DNA of 64,000 nt from Thermoanaerobaculia bacterium (GTDB taxonomy: Bacteria; Acidobacteriota; Thermoanaerobaculia; UBA5066), in NCBI GenBank assembly GCA_048500275.1, contig JASNYI010000002.1, positions 347,936-411,935 on the forward strand, written 5' to 3'. Shown here one piece after another: positions 46,485-56,245 of the stretch (positions are counted from its first letter, which is position 1; every line of letters starts with the position of its first letter). Made by a program: the position numbers and the translations under genes. Below the pieces are notes generated by a model, which worked only from the letters and a program-made list of their open reading frames with translations, did no database searches and had not been told where the DNA came from.

Positions 46485-49060
46485 CCGCCCGCGCCCGCGG
46501 GGGTGCGCCGCGGCCGGTCCGTCGGGCCCCGGCGCCGAGAGGGCCGCTTCGCCGACCCGGGCCCGGCGAGCGCGGGAAGCCCGGGCGCAGGAAGCGCCGC
46601 GGCGGGCTCCTCCGCGGCGCGGTGGGCGACGCGCGAGAAGAAGTCGCGGACGGCGTCGCCCGCCTCGGCGGCGGCGAGCTCGCTGGGGCCCTCTTCGTAC
46701 CAGTGCGACGGGAGGAAGCGGCGGTACGGGTTCTGGAGGAACCGCCGGCAGACGAGGGCGATGACGCCGACGTCGGTCTCCGAGCGGATCACCCTCCCCG
46801 CGCTCTGGACGACCCTCGTCATCCCGGGGACGACGTAGGCGTACTCGAAGCCGCGGCCGTAGCGCTCCTCGAAGTAGAGGCGCATCCGCTCCTGCTCGAA
46901 GCGCACCTGGGGCAGGGCGGGGGAGACGACGACGACGCCGTGGAGCATCTCGCCCGGGTAGTCGACCCCCTCCGCGAAGGGCCCGCCCGAGACCGCGAGG
47001 AGGAGGATCCGGGAGCGTTCCTCGCGCAGGGCCTCGAGGACGGCGTTCCTCTCGAGCTCCGTGGAGCGGTCCGACGGGCGCAGGACGCGGTGACCCGGCA
47101 GCGGCGGCAGGAGGGCCCGGGCGTCGTCGACGAACCGGTAGGAAGGGAAGAGGGCGAGGACGTTGCCCGGGCAGGCGTCGGCGATCTTCGCGACGTGGTC
47201 GGCGATGCGGGACATCGACGCGGAGCGCCCCTTCCAGGTCGTGTCGACGTCGGCGGCCACGACGACGGCCCGGTTCTCCTTCGGGAATGGAGACGGGAGG
47301 GAGAGGACGGACGTGCGGTCGGGGTCGAGGCCGAGGAGGTCCCGGTAGAACTCGGGGGGGCTGAGGGTCGCCGACATGCCGACCGTCGCAAACGCCGCGT
47401 CGAACGTCTCGCCGAGGAGGCGCGAAGGGTCCTTGCAGAGGAGCGAGAGTCGGGCGCCGCCCGCCCCCCGCGAGGCGACGAGGTCGAAGGCCTCGACGAG
47501 CCGGCCTTCCGGGGCCGCCCGCCGGGCGACGTCGTGGAAGCCGGCGAAGAGGAAGTAGAGGCCGAGGACAGGGTCGTCCGGAACGCGCTCGCCGCCGTTG
47601 CGCAGGTCGGCGAGGTGGCGGACGAGGAGGGACTCCATCGAGAGTCGCACGTCGTCGAGCTTCTCGAGGTCGAGGGGGACGAGGTCCGTCGACGGGTTCC
47701 AAGGGTCCGGGGCGGCGGGGAGCCCCGCGGTCGCCTCGAGGACGAGGGCGAGGACCTCCGAGGCGGCCTCCTGGGCCGCGGCCGCGGTCTTCGGGCTCGT
47801 CGTGCCGATGGCCTCGGAGAGCTTTCGCACCTCGGCTTCCGAAAGCTCGGGCGACCAGATGGCGCGGCCGCGGTCGACGAGGTTGTGGACCTCGTCGACG
47901 AGTAGGAGCGCCCCCTCGAGGGAGGCGGCGTCGCGCAGGCCCGTGAGGGCGACCACCGGGTCGAAGGCGTAGTTGTAGTCGCCGAGGACGACGTCGGCCC
48001 TCTCCGCCAGCTCGAGGGAGACCTCGAAGGGGCAGACCTCCTCGGCCCGCGCTTCCTCGAAGACGAAGTCGGGCTCGAGGTGGGGGGTGGCGGCGAGGAG
48101 CCGGTCTACGAGGCCGGAGGCCTCGAGCTTGGCGGCGTAGTCCTTCGCGAAGGCGCAGTGGTCCTCGTGGCAGAGGACGACGCCGTTGGCGCACATCCGC
48201 TCCTTGGCGCGCAGTCGCACCGAGCGGGCCGAGGCCGCCGCGATCGCTTCGAGGGTCTTCCTGAAGATCTCCTGCTGGGTCGTCTTCGACGTCAGGACGT
48301 AGAGCTTCCGCCCGCCGCGCAGGGCCTCGACGAGCATCGGGAAGAGGGCCGCGGCGGTCTTGCCGATGCCCGTGGGGGCCTCGACGAGGAGCTGCTCGCC
48401 CTGGCGAACGGCCCGCGACACGGCCGCCGCCATCTCGCGCTGGCCCGGGCGGAAGCGCCCGAACGGGAAGACGAGGTCGTCCGCCTCGGCGGCCTTGGCG
48501 TCGGCGAGCGCGAGGTCGCCGAAGAACGCCGCGAGCGTGGCGCGGACCCTCGCGACGAGGTCGGCCTCGACCTCCTCCGCGTCGAACGCCACCGGGACGA
48601 GGCGCGTGTCGCCGGTCTCGATGTCGGCGAGGACGAGGCGGCCGCGGACGGGGCGCTCTTCCGCCCTCGAGACGGCGAGGAGGTACCACTGTAGCTGGCG
48701 CGCGAAGCGGTCGAGGCGCGGCGAGCCGAGGAGGCGCGGAAGCTCCTCGGCGAAGTGGACCGACTTCACCTCGTCGACGACGACGCTCCCGTCGCCGTCG
48801 TCGAAACGGCCGTCGAGGCGCCCCTCCAGGATCGCCGTGAAGCCGTCGACCGGAAACGAGAGACGGACGGCCTTCTCCACCGCGTACCCGGGAATCGTCG
48901 CGAGAGCCTCGGAGAGGACACGGCGGTGGACGGCCTGGCCGATCCACCGGCGCTCCATCGAGTCGCCCCGGCCGTCCCCGATGCGGCGCGCCAGCGGCGC
49001 GAGGAGGGCGCCCGGGGAGAGGGTCACGGTCTTCGCGGCGAGGTCGACCCGGATCGGCAC
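46481..49060 (-). CDS. XPD/DinG-family Fe-S DNA helicase with an N-terminal PD-(D/E)xK (RecB/Cas4-like) nuclease-like domain
   Basis: Helicase motifs: Walker A APTGIGKT, 4-Cys cluster C-x5-C-x3-C ... C, DEVH box LLVDEVHNL, C-terminal HD2 motifs. N-terminal ~180 aa carry GRLDGRFD ... VVVDEVKS, which resemble RecB-nuclease motifs II and III. Confidence 0.75.
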   Translation of the reverse strand: MPIRVDLAAKTVTLSPGALLAPLARRIGDGRGDSMERRWIGQAVHRRVLSEALATIPGYAVEKAVRLSFPVDGFTAILEGRLDGRFDDGDGSVVVDEVKSVHFAEELPRLLGSPRLDRFARQLQWYLLAVSRAEERPVRGRLVLADIETGDTRLVPVAFDAEEVEADLVARVRATLAAFFGDLALADAKAAEADDLVFPFGRFRPGQREMAAAVSRAVRQGEQLLVEAPTGIGKTAAALFPMLVEALRGGRKLYVLTSKTTQQEIFRKTLEAIAAASARSVRLRAKERMCANGVVLCHEDHCAFAKDYAAKLEASGLVDRLLAATPHLEPDFVFEEARAEEVCPFEVSLELAERADVVLGDYNYAFDPVVALTGLRDAASLEGALLLVDEVHNLVDRGRAIWSPELSEAEVRKLSEAIGTTSPKTAAAAQEAASEVLALVLEATAGLPAAPDPWNPSTDLVPLDLEKLDDVRLSMESLLVRHLADLRNGGERVPDDPVLGLYFLFAGFHDVARRAAPEGRLVEAFDLVASRGAGGARLSLLCKDPSRLLGETFDAAFATVGMSATLSPPEFYRDLLGLDPDRTSVLSLPSPFPKENRAVVVAADVDTTWKGRSASMSRIADHVAKIADACPGNVLALFPSYRFVDDARALLPPLPGHRVLRPSDRSTELERNAVLEALREERSRILLLAVSGGPFAEGVDYPGEMLHGVVVVSPALPQVRFEQERMRLYFEERYGRGFEYAYVVPGMTRVVQSAGRVIRSETDVGVIALVCRRFLQNPYRRFLPSHWYEEGPSELAAAEAGDAVRDFFSRVAHRAAEEPAAALPAPGLPALAGPGSAKRPSRRRGPTDRPRRTPAGAGG

Positions 49061-49098
49061 GCTGCATTCTAAGGACGGCGTCGCCTACAATCCTTCCC

Positions 49099-50607
49099 GT
49101 GAAGGGACGGATTCCGAATCGGTCCCGCGCCTGGGGCGCGGCCGCGGCGATCGCGCTGCTCGCCTGCCTCGCCGGGCCGGCGGAGGGCGCGCAGGCGAAG
49201 CGGAAGCCGGCTCCGGCGAGGGAGCCGACGCTGGCCGAGAGGCTGGCCGCGGTGGCCCGCCGTACGCCGACGCGGCACCGGTCGCAGGTGGCCGTCGCGA
49301 TCGCGCCCGTCGGGGAGCCTGCGATCTACACCTTGAATCCCGACGCGGAGCTCATCCTCGCGTCGACGACGAAGCTCCTCGCGAGCGCGGCCGCTCTCGA
49401 CCGGCTCGGCCCCGGCTACCGGTTCCGGACGTCGATCCTGCAGGACGGCGAGCTCCTTGCCGACGGGACGCTCGCAGGGCGAGTCGTCATCCGAGGAGGG
49501 GGAGACCCGGCCATCTCCGGTCGTCTCTACGACAACGACCCGTGGGCCGTCTTCCGGCCGTGGTCGGAGGCCCTCCGGGCGCGGGGCATCAAGTCTATTC
49601 GCGACGGTCTCCTCCTCGACACCTCCTTCTTCGACGACGAGAGGACCCATCCCGACTGGCCCGCGGCCCAGGAGCAGCACTGGTGGCAGGCCCCGGTCTC
49701 GGCCCTCTCCTACAACGACAACGTCGTCCTCGTGCGCGTCACGGGCGGCCTCAGGCCGGGCGGCCGGGCGAGCCTCGGGTTCTACCCCGCGCAGCCGTTC
49801 CTCATGTCCGTCGTCGGGCGCGTGAGGACGCACGGAGGGAGAGGCGCGAACGTCGGTGTCTCCCGCCGGGCCGGCAGCTCGAAGGTCGTCGCCTCGGGGG
49901 CCGTGGGGTCGCGCAGGACGTGGTCCGGAGACGTCACCGTCGTCGACCCTCCCCTCTACCTCGCCTCGGCCTTCTCGCGCGTGCTGGAGGAGGAAGGGAT
50001 CGACCTCGGAGGACCCCCGCAGGTCCTTACGGAGGCTCCGGCCGCGAAGCCGGCCCTCCCGGTCCTCCACGTCCACGAGACCCCGATCCTGCCGGTCCTC
50101 GCCGTGTGCAACAAGAGGTCCCAGTCGTTCTACGCCGAGCAGGTCCTGAAGACGCTCGGCGCCGAGCGGCGCGGACGCGGTACCTGGGAGAACGGTCGGG
50201 CCGAGGTGGCCGAGTTCCTCCGCTCGCTGGGACTCGACCCGGCGCGCTACCGGATCGCCGACGGCTCCGGCCGGTCGCGCGAGAACGTCTCGAGCGCGTC
50301 GGCCTACCTCGACTTCCTCCAGGCCCTCGCCACGAACTGGCGCCACTTCGCCGCCTTCGAGCAGACGCTCGCCGTCACGGGAGACCAGAGCGGTTCGCTG
50401 CGCCACCGGATGCTCGGGCCCGACACGCGGGGAAAGGTCTTCGCGAAGACCGGCACGCTCGCGGGGGTCGTGACTCTGGCCGGCTACGTCGAGGCCCGGA
50501 GCGGCAAGCGGTACGCGTTCGTCCTCCTCGCGAACGGGGGCACCGCGGAGGCCAGCGGGCAGGCGTGGCAGAACCGCATCCTGACGGAGCTGGCCCGGCG
50601 GGGCTGA
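49099..50607 (+). CDS. dacB: D-alanyl-D-alanine carboxypeptidase/endopeptidase (PBP4, S13)
   Basis: Signal peptide; active-site motifs STTK, SxN-like and KTGT. Confidence 0.85.
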   Translation: MKGRIPNRSRAWGAAAAIALLACLAGPAEGAQAKRKPAPAREPTLAERLAAVARRTPTRHRSQVAVAIAPVGEPAIYTLNPDAELILASTTKLLASAAALDRLGPGYRFRTSILQDGELLADGTLAGRVVIRGGGDPAISGRLYDNDPWAVFRPWSEALRARGIKSIRDGLLLDTSFFDDERTHPDWPAAQEQHWWQAPVSALSYNDNVVLVRVTGGLRPGGRASLGFYPAQPFLMSVVGRVRTHGGRGANVGVSRRAGSSKVVASGAVGSRRTWSGDVTVVDPPLYLASAFSRVLEEEGIDLGGPPQVLTEAPAAKPALPVLHVHETPILPVLAVCNKRSQSFYAEQVLKTLGAERRGRGTWENGRAEVAEFLRSLGLDPARYRIADGSGRSRENVSSASAYLDFLQALATNWRHFAAFEQTLAVTGDQSGSLRHRMLGPDTRGKVFAKTGTLAGVVTLAGYVEARSGKRYAFVLLANGGTAEASGQAWQNRILTELARRG

Positions 50608-50651
50608 CCGAACGCCGTCGAGAGGCGCGGCGTATACTCCGCGGCTCGCCC

Positions 50652-51917
50652 ATGGACTACCGCGCGCTGCTCAAGAACGTCGAGATGACCCTGTCCGCCA
50701 TCGAGGGGGGCGACGACGTCGTCTCCACCGTCGCCGCCGTCGGGGAGGCCGTCGTCGGGAACTTCCGCTCCGAGCTCGGGATCATCGGAGGGCGGCTCTA
50801 CCAGCTGGAGGACGGAGAGTACGTCCTGAAGCGGGGCTTCGGCCGCTCGAGGAAGGTCCTCGAGGGGCTGACGGTCCCCATGTCGTACAAGCCGATCCGG
50901 GACGCCCTCGAGGAGGGTGTCGTCCTCGCCGACCTGAAGGACCCGGGAGTGGACCGCGAGCTGGAGGCCCGCCTCGGGGTCTGCCGGTTCGCGGCGGTGT
51001 CGTTCGGGGACGGCGCGTTTCTCCTCTCCTTCGACGTCCACCCGCGCGTCGACGCCGGCGACCTCCTCGTCTCGCTCGGGATCATCCGGACCGTTCTCGA
51101 CTCGAAGGTGCGGAGCGAGAAGCTCGAGGACCTCCTCGAGGAGGCGCGCCGGATCCAGCAGTCGATCCTCCCGCGCTCCTTCCCCGAGATCGGGGACTAC
51201 GAGGTGTGGGCGGTGTCCGCCCCGGCCGAGGCGGTCGGAGGGGACTTCTATGATTTCCTGCCGCTCGGACCCGACAGCTTCGGCGCCGCGATTGCCGACG
51301 CCTCCGGCCACGGCCTGGTCGCCGCTCTCCTCGTGAGGGACGTCTACGTGGGCCTCCAGATGGGAATCGGCGGCGACCTCAAGATCGGCCGGGTCATCGA
51401 GCGGCTGAACCGCATCCTGAACAGGAGCCGGCTCGCGACGAAGTTCGTGTCGCTCTTCTATGCCGAGCTCGAGGCGAACGGCGAGATCATCTACGCCAAC
51501 GCGGGGCACCCGGGGCCCCTGCACCTGCACGCCCGGACGCGCAGCTTCTCGGAGATGGCGTCGACCGGCATGGTCCTCGGCCCGTCGCCGAACGCGGCTT
51601 ACGGAAGGCGCGCCGCGAAGATGGAGCCGGGGGACTTGCTCCTCCTCTACACGGACGGCATCGTCGAGGCACACGACCACCGCGGCCGGGAGTTCGGCCT
51701 CGACCGTGTCCGGCGCATCCTCCTCGACTACCGGAAGAGGTCGGCCCGTGAGACCGCCGAGAAGATCCTCTCGGCGGTGGGCGATTTCAGCGCGGGACGC
51801 CCGGTGGAGGACGACCGGACGGTCGTCGTGATCCGCCGGACGGGCCGGCCGAGGGGCTCGCTGCCGCCCGACGGCGTCCCGACGCTCTCACCGCCGCCGT
51901 CGCCGCCCTCCGCCTGA
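50652..51917 (+). CDS. PP2C-family (SpoIIE/RsbU-like) serine phosphatase with an N-terminal sensor (GAF-like) domain
   Basis: The C-terminal half has the PP2C metal-binding blocks GGDFYDF, DASGHG and YTDGIVEA. Confidence 0.75.
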   Translation: MDYRALLKNVEMTLSAIEGGDDVVSTVAAVGEAVVGNFRSELGIIGGRLYQLEDGEYVLKRGFGRSRKVLEGLTVPMSYKPIRDALEEGVVLADLKDPGVDRELEARLGVCRFAAVSFGDGAFLLSFDVHPRVDAGDLLVSLGIIRTVLDSKVRSEKLEDLLEEARRIQQSILPRSFPEIGDYEVWAVSAPAEAVGGDFYDFLPLGPDSFGAAIADASGHGLVAALLVRDVYVGLQMGIGGDLKIGRVIERLNRILNRSRLATKFVSLFYAELEANGEIIYANAGHPGPLHLHARTRSFSEMASTGMVLGPSPNAAYGRRAAKMEPGDLLLLYTDGIVEAHDHRGREFGLDRVRRILLDYRKRSARETAEKILSAVGDFSAGRPVEDDRTVVVIRRTGRPRGSLPPDGVPTLSPPPSPPSA

Positions 51918-51924
51918 GCCGGCG

Positions 51925-52896
51925 TCAGCCGAGGCCCTTGCCGGCCCGGTGGAGGCGGAACCATTCCGCGGTGGCGCGCATCCCGGCGTCGAGCGGGACG
52001 AGGGAGTCGAGGCCGAGGTCCTCCCGGGCGCGGGTCGGGTCGAGGACGCTCCGGCGCTGCTCGCCCGGCTTGGCGGGGCCGAAGCGGGGCGGGACGTCGA
52101 CGCCGCACGCCGCGGCGACGAGGCCGTAGAGCTCTCTCACGCTCGTTTCCGTGCCCGACCCGACGTTGAAGACCCCGGGAATGCGGCGGGAGAACGCCGC
52201 GAGGTTCGCGGCGACGACGTCGGCGACGTGGACGAAGTCCCGGGTCTGCCCGCCGTCGCCGTTGACGACGGCGTCCTGGCCCGACAGGAGGCGGTTCATC
52301 CAGATCCCGACGACGCCGGCCTCGCCGCGCCCGTCCTGGCGCGGCCCGTACACGTTCGCGTAGCGCAGGACCGTGAGGAGCCACCCGGCGTCCGCCCCGA
52401 GCGCGGCGAGGTACTTCTCGCCCGCGAGCTTGGCCACGCCGTAGGCGGAGCAGGGGTTCAAGGGGTGATCCTCGTCCGCCGTCTCTCCGACGGGGTCGCC
52501 GTAGATCGCGCCGCCGCTCGACGAGAAGACGACCTGGGAGACGCCCGCCTTCGCGGCGGCCAGCCCGACCCGGATCGTCCCGAGGACGTTGACCTCGGCG
52601 TCGAAGACGGGGTCCTCGACGGACTTCCGGACGTCGATCTGCGCCGCGAGGTGGAAGACGGTGTCGACCTTCTCCGCGAGGAGGAGCGCCTCGAGCCCCG
52701 GCTCCCGGATGTCGGCCTTCACGAACCGGGCGTTGGAGGGCACCCGTTCGGGGTCTCCCGTGGAGAGGTCGTCGACGACGACGACACGGTGCCCCTGCGC
52801 GAGGAGGGCGTCGACGAGGTGGGACCCGATGAACCCGGCGCCCCCCGTGACGAGGACGGAGCAGCCGGGGGGAGGAGGAACGGCTTCCGGTGTCAT
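51925..52896 (-). CDS. NAD-dependent epimerase/dehydratase (UDP-glucose 4-epimerase-like)
   Basis: VLVTGGAGFIGSHL and YGVAK (YxxxK). The start is taken at MTPEAV; the longer upstream ORF portion is rejected. Confidence 0.8.
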   Translation of the reverse strand: MTPEAVPPPPGCSVLVTGGAGFIGSHLVDALLAQGHRVVVVDDLSTGDPERVPSNARFVKADIREPGLEALLLAEKVDTVFHLAAQIDVRKSVEDPVFDAEVNVLGTIRVGLAAAKAGVSQVVFSSSGGAIYGDPVGETADEDHPLNPCSAYGVAKLAGEKYLAALGADAGWLLTVLRYANVYGPRQDGRGEAGVVGIWMNRLLSGQDAVVNGDGGQTRDFVHVADVVAANLAAFSRRIPGVFNVGSGTETSVRELYGLVAAACGVDVPPRFGPAKPGEQRRSVLDPTRAREDLGLDSLVPLDAGMRATAEWFRLHRAGKGLG

Positions 52897-53542
52897 GAAC
52901 GTCCGCGAGAATAGCGGCGTGAAGAAGGCGCGACAAGCCGGGCGACCGCCGGCCGCGTTCTGGGAGCGCAGCACCGCGGAGGTGGCGCGCGCGCTGCTCG
53001 GGTGCCGTCTCGTGCGGCGGTCTGCGGGACGGCCCCCGCGCACGTTCGTGATCGTCGAGACCGAGGCCTACCTCGGCGTGGCCGACCCCGCGGCCCACAC
53101 GTGGAAAGGGCGCCGCACGCCGAGGGTCGAACCGATGTGGGGTCCCGCCGGCCACGCCTACGTCTACCGGGTCTACGGGCTGCACGACTGCCTGAACGTC
53201 GTGACGCGCGCGGAAGGCGAGCCCGAGGCCGTCCTCCTCCGGGCCGCCGTTCCGGAGCGGTGGTGGTCGGGCGCGGACGTCCCGAGAGGAGAAATCCTCG
53301 CGGCGTCGGGGCCGGGCCGGCTCTGCCGGGTGCTCGGGGTGTCGCGGGAGCTGTCGGGGGCCTCGCTCGCGGGACCCGATCTCCAGCTCCTGCTCCCGAT
53401 CCCGGGAGAGGCACGGGGCGTCCTGTCGGGTCCGCGAGTCGGCGTCGACTACGCCGGGGAGGCGGCCACGTGGCCGCTGCGCTTCGCCGTGGCGGGCTGT
53501 CCCGCGGTGACTCGTCCTTCCGGCCTCAGGTCCGTTCCGTGA
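52895..53542 (+). CDS. mpg: DNA-3-methyladenine glycosylase (Mpg/AAG family)
   Basis: FVIVETEAYLG...GHAYVYRVYGLHDCLNVV conserved core. The ATG start overlaps the divergent start of the epimerase gene (TCATGA); the true start is uncertain. Confidence 0.7.
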   Translation: MNVRENSGVKKARQAGRPPAAFWERSTAEVARALLGCRLVRRSAGRPPRTFVIVETEAYLGVADPAAHTWKGRRTPRVEPMWGPAGHAYVYRVYGLHDCLNVVTRAEGEPEAVLLRAAVPERWWSGADVPRGEILAASGPGRLCRVLGVSRELSGASLAGPDLQLLLPIPGEARGVLSGPRVGVDYAGEAATWPLRFAVAGCPAVTRPSGLRSVP

Positions 53543-54749
53543 GGAGAGCCTCGGCCGACCGGGGCACCTTCGCGAACCTCACGACCCGGTTCTTGCCTGT
53601 CCTCTTGGCGGCGTAGAGCGCCTTGTCGGCGCACTCGATCAGGGCCCCCTTCGAGGTCGCGTCGTCCGGAAAGACGGCGAGCCCGACCGAGACGCTGACG
53701 GGGAGCGGCTCCGGAAGCCCTCCCCCGAGGGGTGAGGAGGCGACGGCCTCCCGCAGGCGGTCGGCGACCCGCTGGCCGTCCGGGGCGTCGGTCCGGGGCA
53801 GGACGAGGGCGAACTCCTCCCCCCCGTAGCGGGCCACGGTGTCCATCTCGCGGACCGACGAGAGGAGCCGGGCGACGACGCCCTTGAGGACCGCGTCCCC
53901 GACGGGGTGGCCGAACCGGTCGTTCACCTTCTTGAAGTCGTCGAGATCGACGAGCAGGAGGACGAGCCGCTCGCCGTGCCGCGCGTGACGCGCGATCTCC
54001 CGGTAGAGCAGCTCCTGGAAATGGCCGTGGTTCGCGACACCGGTGAGCGGGTCGCGCAGCGACCCGAGGCGTGTCGTCTCGTAGGCCCTCGCGAGCCGGA
54101 TCGCGGTGACGGCCTGGCTCGCGAAGAGCTCGAGGATCGCCCGGTCGGCCGCGTCGCCGGCAACGTGAGGACCGGGCTCGTCGAGCTCGAGGAGGCCGAC
54201 GAGCTGGTCGGCGGCCACGAGGGCGACGGAGGCCGGACGGACCCGCAGGGACCCCGGGAGGACGAGGGCGAGCGGGGTCGTCGGCCCCGCCCCCCCGGAG
54301 GGCTCGAGAAGGGCCCCGCCCTCGACCGGGAGGCGGAGCCGCTCGAGCTCGCCCCACGCCCCGGAGAGGCCGACGTGGGCCCGCGGCACGAGGACGCCGT
54401 CGGCACGGTCGTGGAGGGAGAGGAGGACGCGGCGATATCCGAGGCTCGAGGAGGCGGCTCTCACGACGTTCGCCAGGACCGCGTCGAGGGGCAAGTGCGC
54501 CTTCAGCTCGCCGGAGGCCCGGAGGATCCTCTGGAGCGACTCGGCCCGGAGCTCGAGGGCCTCGTTTGCCGCGTGAAGCCGGTCCCGCAGCTCCTGCCCG
54601 GCGAGGAGGAGCCCTTCGCGCTCGCGGGCGGATTCCTCTTCGCGCTGCCGCAGCCGGGCCACCGAGGACCGGTGCCACCTCGCGCAGGCGGCGAACGTCG
54701 CCAGCGCCGCGAGGGCGGACGAGAGGAGAGTCGGAAGGAGGGCGTCCAC
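53526..54749 (-). CDS. GAF-GGDEF diguanylate cyclase
   Basis: N-terminal TM helix, GAF-like region, GGDEF domain with RYGGEEF. Confidence 0.85.
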   Translation of the reverse strand: MDALLPTLLSSALAALATFAACARWHRSSVARLRQREEESAREREGLLLAGQELRDRLHAANEALELRAESLQRILRASGELKAHLPLDAVLANVVRAASSSLGYRRVLLSLHDRADGVLVPRAHVGLSGAWGELERLRLPVEGGALLEPSGGAGPTTPLALVLPGSLRVRPASVALVAADQLVGLLELDEPGPHVAGDAADRAILELFASQAVTAIRLARAYETTRLGSLRDPLTGVANHGHFQELLYREIARHARHGERLVLLLVDLDDFKKVNDRFGHPVGDAVLKGVVARLLSSVREMDTVARYGGEEFALVLPRTDAPDGQRVADRLREAVASSPLGGGLPEPLPVSVSVGLAVFPDDATSKGALIECADKALYAAKRTGKNRVVRFAKVPRSAEALLTERT

Positions 54750-54767
54750 GGGGCTTTCCGCCGTTCG

Positions 54768-56156
54768 TCAGCGCCAGCGGATCAGGCCGCCGTCGTGCAG
54801 CTTCTCGAAGACCCTGAGGACCTCGCCCTCCGGGAACGGACTGATCTTCGCGATGCAGCGGACGTCCCAGAGGCCGTTGATCCGGGAGAGGATGAAGGCC
54901 TCGTTGGGCGTGAACGACCAGGACATCAGCTCGTCCATCGGTCGCGTCAGGGACGGGATCGCCGTCGGCGCGATGGCACCCCCCGAAGCCCCCGGCGGCG
55001 GCGCCGGGAACCCTCCGGAGGACCGGGGAGCGGGCTGCGGAGCGCGGACGCCGGCGGTGGAGGGCGGGGCCCCGACCTCGAAGAGGGACGCGCTCGACGG
55101 GCCCGCGGGCCGGAGGATTCCGGACGCGGGGGGGCGGGAGGAGTCGGAGGCTGCCGCCGCCGGCCGGAAGCTCGTCGAAGGCGGGGGCGCGGGGGGAGGG
55201 GCGGCGACAGGGGCGGCCATCGACGCCGTCACGGGTCCCGCCGGGCGCATCGCGTGGGCGCCGCTCTCGGGGCTGCGCCGAAGGAAGCGCGTGAAGTCCT
55301 TCTGGGGCGCGGGCCGCCCGTCCTGGGGCGGCGGGGGAATGCTGAGCTCGTCGGCGGTGTCCGGGATCCCCTCGAAGTGCGGCGTCGCCGCCTCCTCGAA
55401 GATCGTCTCGTAGGGGTCCTCGGGCGTGAGGTCCAGGCTCTTCGGCGCCCCCCCGGCCGGCGTCTCGCTGAGCTCGACGTGTCCGCTCTCGAGGAGGTCG
55501 AATACGAGCCTCGCGACGGGGAAGTCGGGGTTGTGGGTCGCGACGGCGATGTCGGCGAGAGAACGGACCCCGTCGATGGCGCGAAGGACGAGCCGTTGCG
55601 GCTCGGAGAAGTCCTCGACCGCGACCGGGGCGACGATGGCCGGCACCTCGTTCATCGTCCGGATCCGCTCCCGGATGCGTTGCCACTCGTCGAAGCGTCG
55701 CAGTCCCTCCATGACGATGCCGGTCACGTCGATGGCGATCGGGACCATCGGGCGCTGCGGGATCTCGCCGTCGATGAACTGGAAGGCCCCCTCCGGCCAG
55801 AGGAAGATGTCGTAGATCGTCTCGCAGGCCTTGAGCCTTATCAGCTCGACGAGGTCCTCCTCGGCGATCGCGCCGATCATGACGAGGATCTTCCCCAGGA
55901 GGATCTTCGACTCCTCCTGGACCTCCATCGCCTTGGTCAGCTCCTCCTCCGTGATGTAGCCGTAGGAGACGAGGAAGTGGCCGAGGTACTCCCGCTCGAT
56001 CGTGGAGGACGAGGAGATGATCCGCCCGTTCTGGAAGTAGATCCGCTTCTCACCCGCGCCGCCCCGGATGGCCAGCGTACCCGTCTTCTGCCCCATGGAG
56101 AGCCACTGGAGCAGCTCCGACAACTGCATCGTCCGGAGGTTCCCGGTAATGGCCAT
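54768..56156 (-). CDS. DUF4388-domain protein with a Pro/Ala-rich linker
   Basis: N-terminal MQLSELLQWL...GTL DUF4388-type block. Low-complexity proline-rich middle region. Confidence 0.6.
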   Translation of the reverse strand: MAITGNLRTMQLSELLQWLSMGQKTGTLAIRGGAGEKRIYFQNGRIISSSSTIEREYLGHFLVSYGYITEEELTKAMEVQEESKILLGKILVMIGAIAEEDLVELIRLKACETIYDIFLWPEGAFQFIDGEIPQRPMVPIAIDVTGIVMEGLRRFDEWQRIRERIRTMNEVPAIVAPVAVEDFSEPQRLVLRAIDGVRSLADIAVATHNPDFPVARLVFDLLESGHVELSETPAGGAPKSLDLTPEDPYETIFEEAATPHFEGIPDTADELSIPPPPQDGRPAPQKDFTRFLRRSPESGAHAMRPAGPVTASMAAPVAAPPPAPPPSTSFRPAAAASDSSRPPASGILRPAGPSSASLFEVGAPPSTAGVRAPQPAPRSSGGFPAPPPGASGGAIAPTAIPSLTRPMDELMSWSFTPNEAFILSRINGLWDVRCIAKISPFPEGEVLRVFEKLHDGGLIRWR

Positions 56157-56245
56157 CCGGAAGGCATTCTAAGGGGACGCGGGCGCGGTGGGGCCCCTCC
56201 CGGCCCGGGCCGCTCCTGCGGCGGCCCGGGAGGGGCGGAAGGGGC

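Noticed and set aside
42096-49067. 924-aa, 1235-aa and 601-aa ORFs across the repeat-protein, methyltransferase and helicase region
   Set aside because: Opposite-strand or off-frame artefacts. The chosen frames contain the signal peptide with repeats, the SAM motifs and the helicase motifs respectively.
48360-50651. 5' 760 aa of the 1185-aa ORF preceding the PP2C gene
   Set aside because: Low-complexity, and it overlaps the well-supported dacB gene in another frame. Only 50652-51917 (the PP2C phosphatase) is retained.
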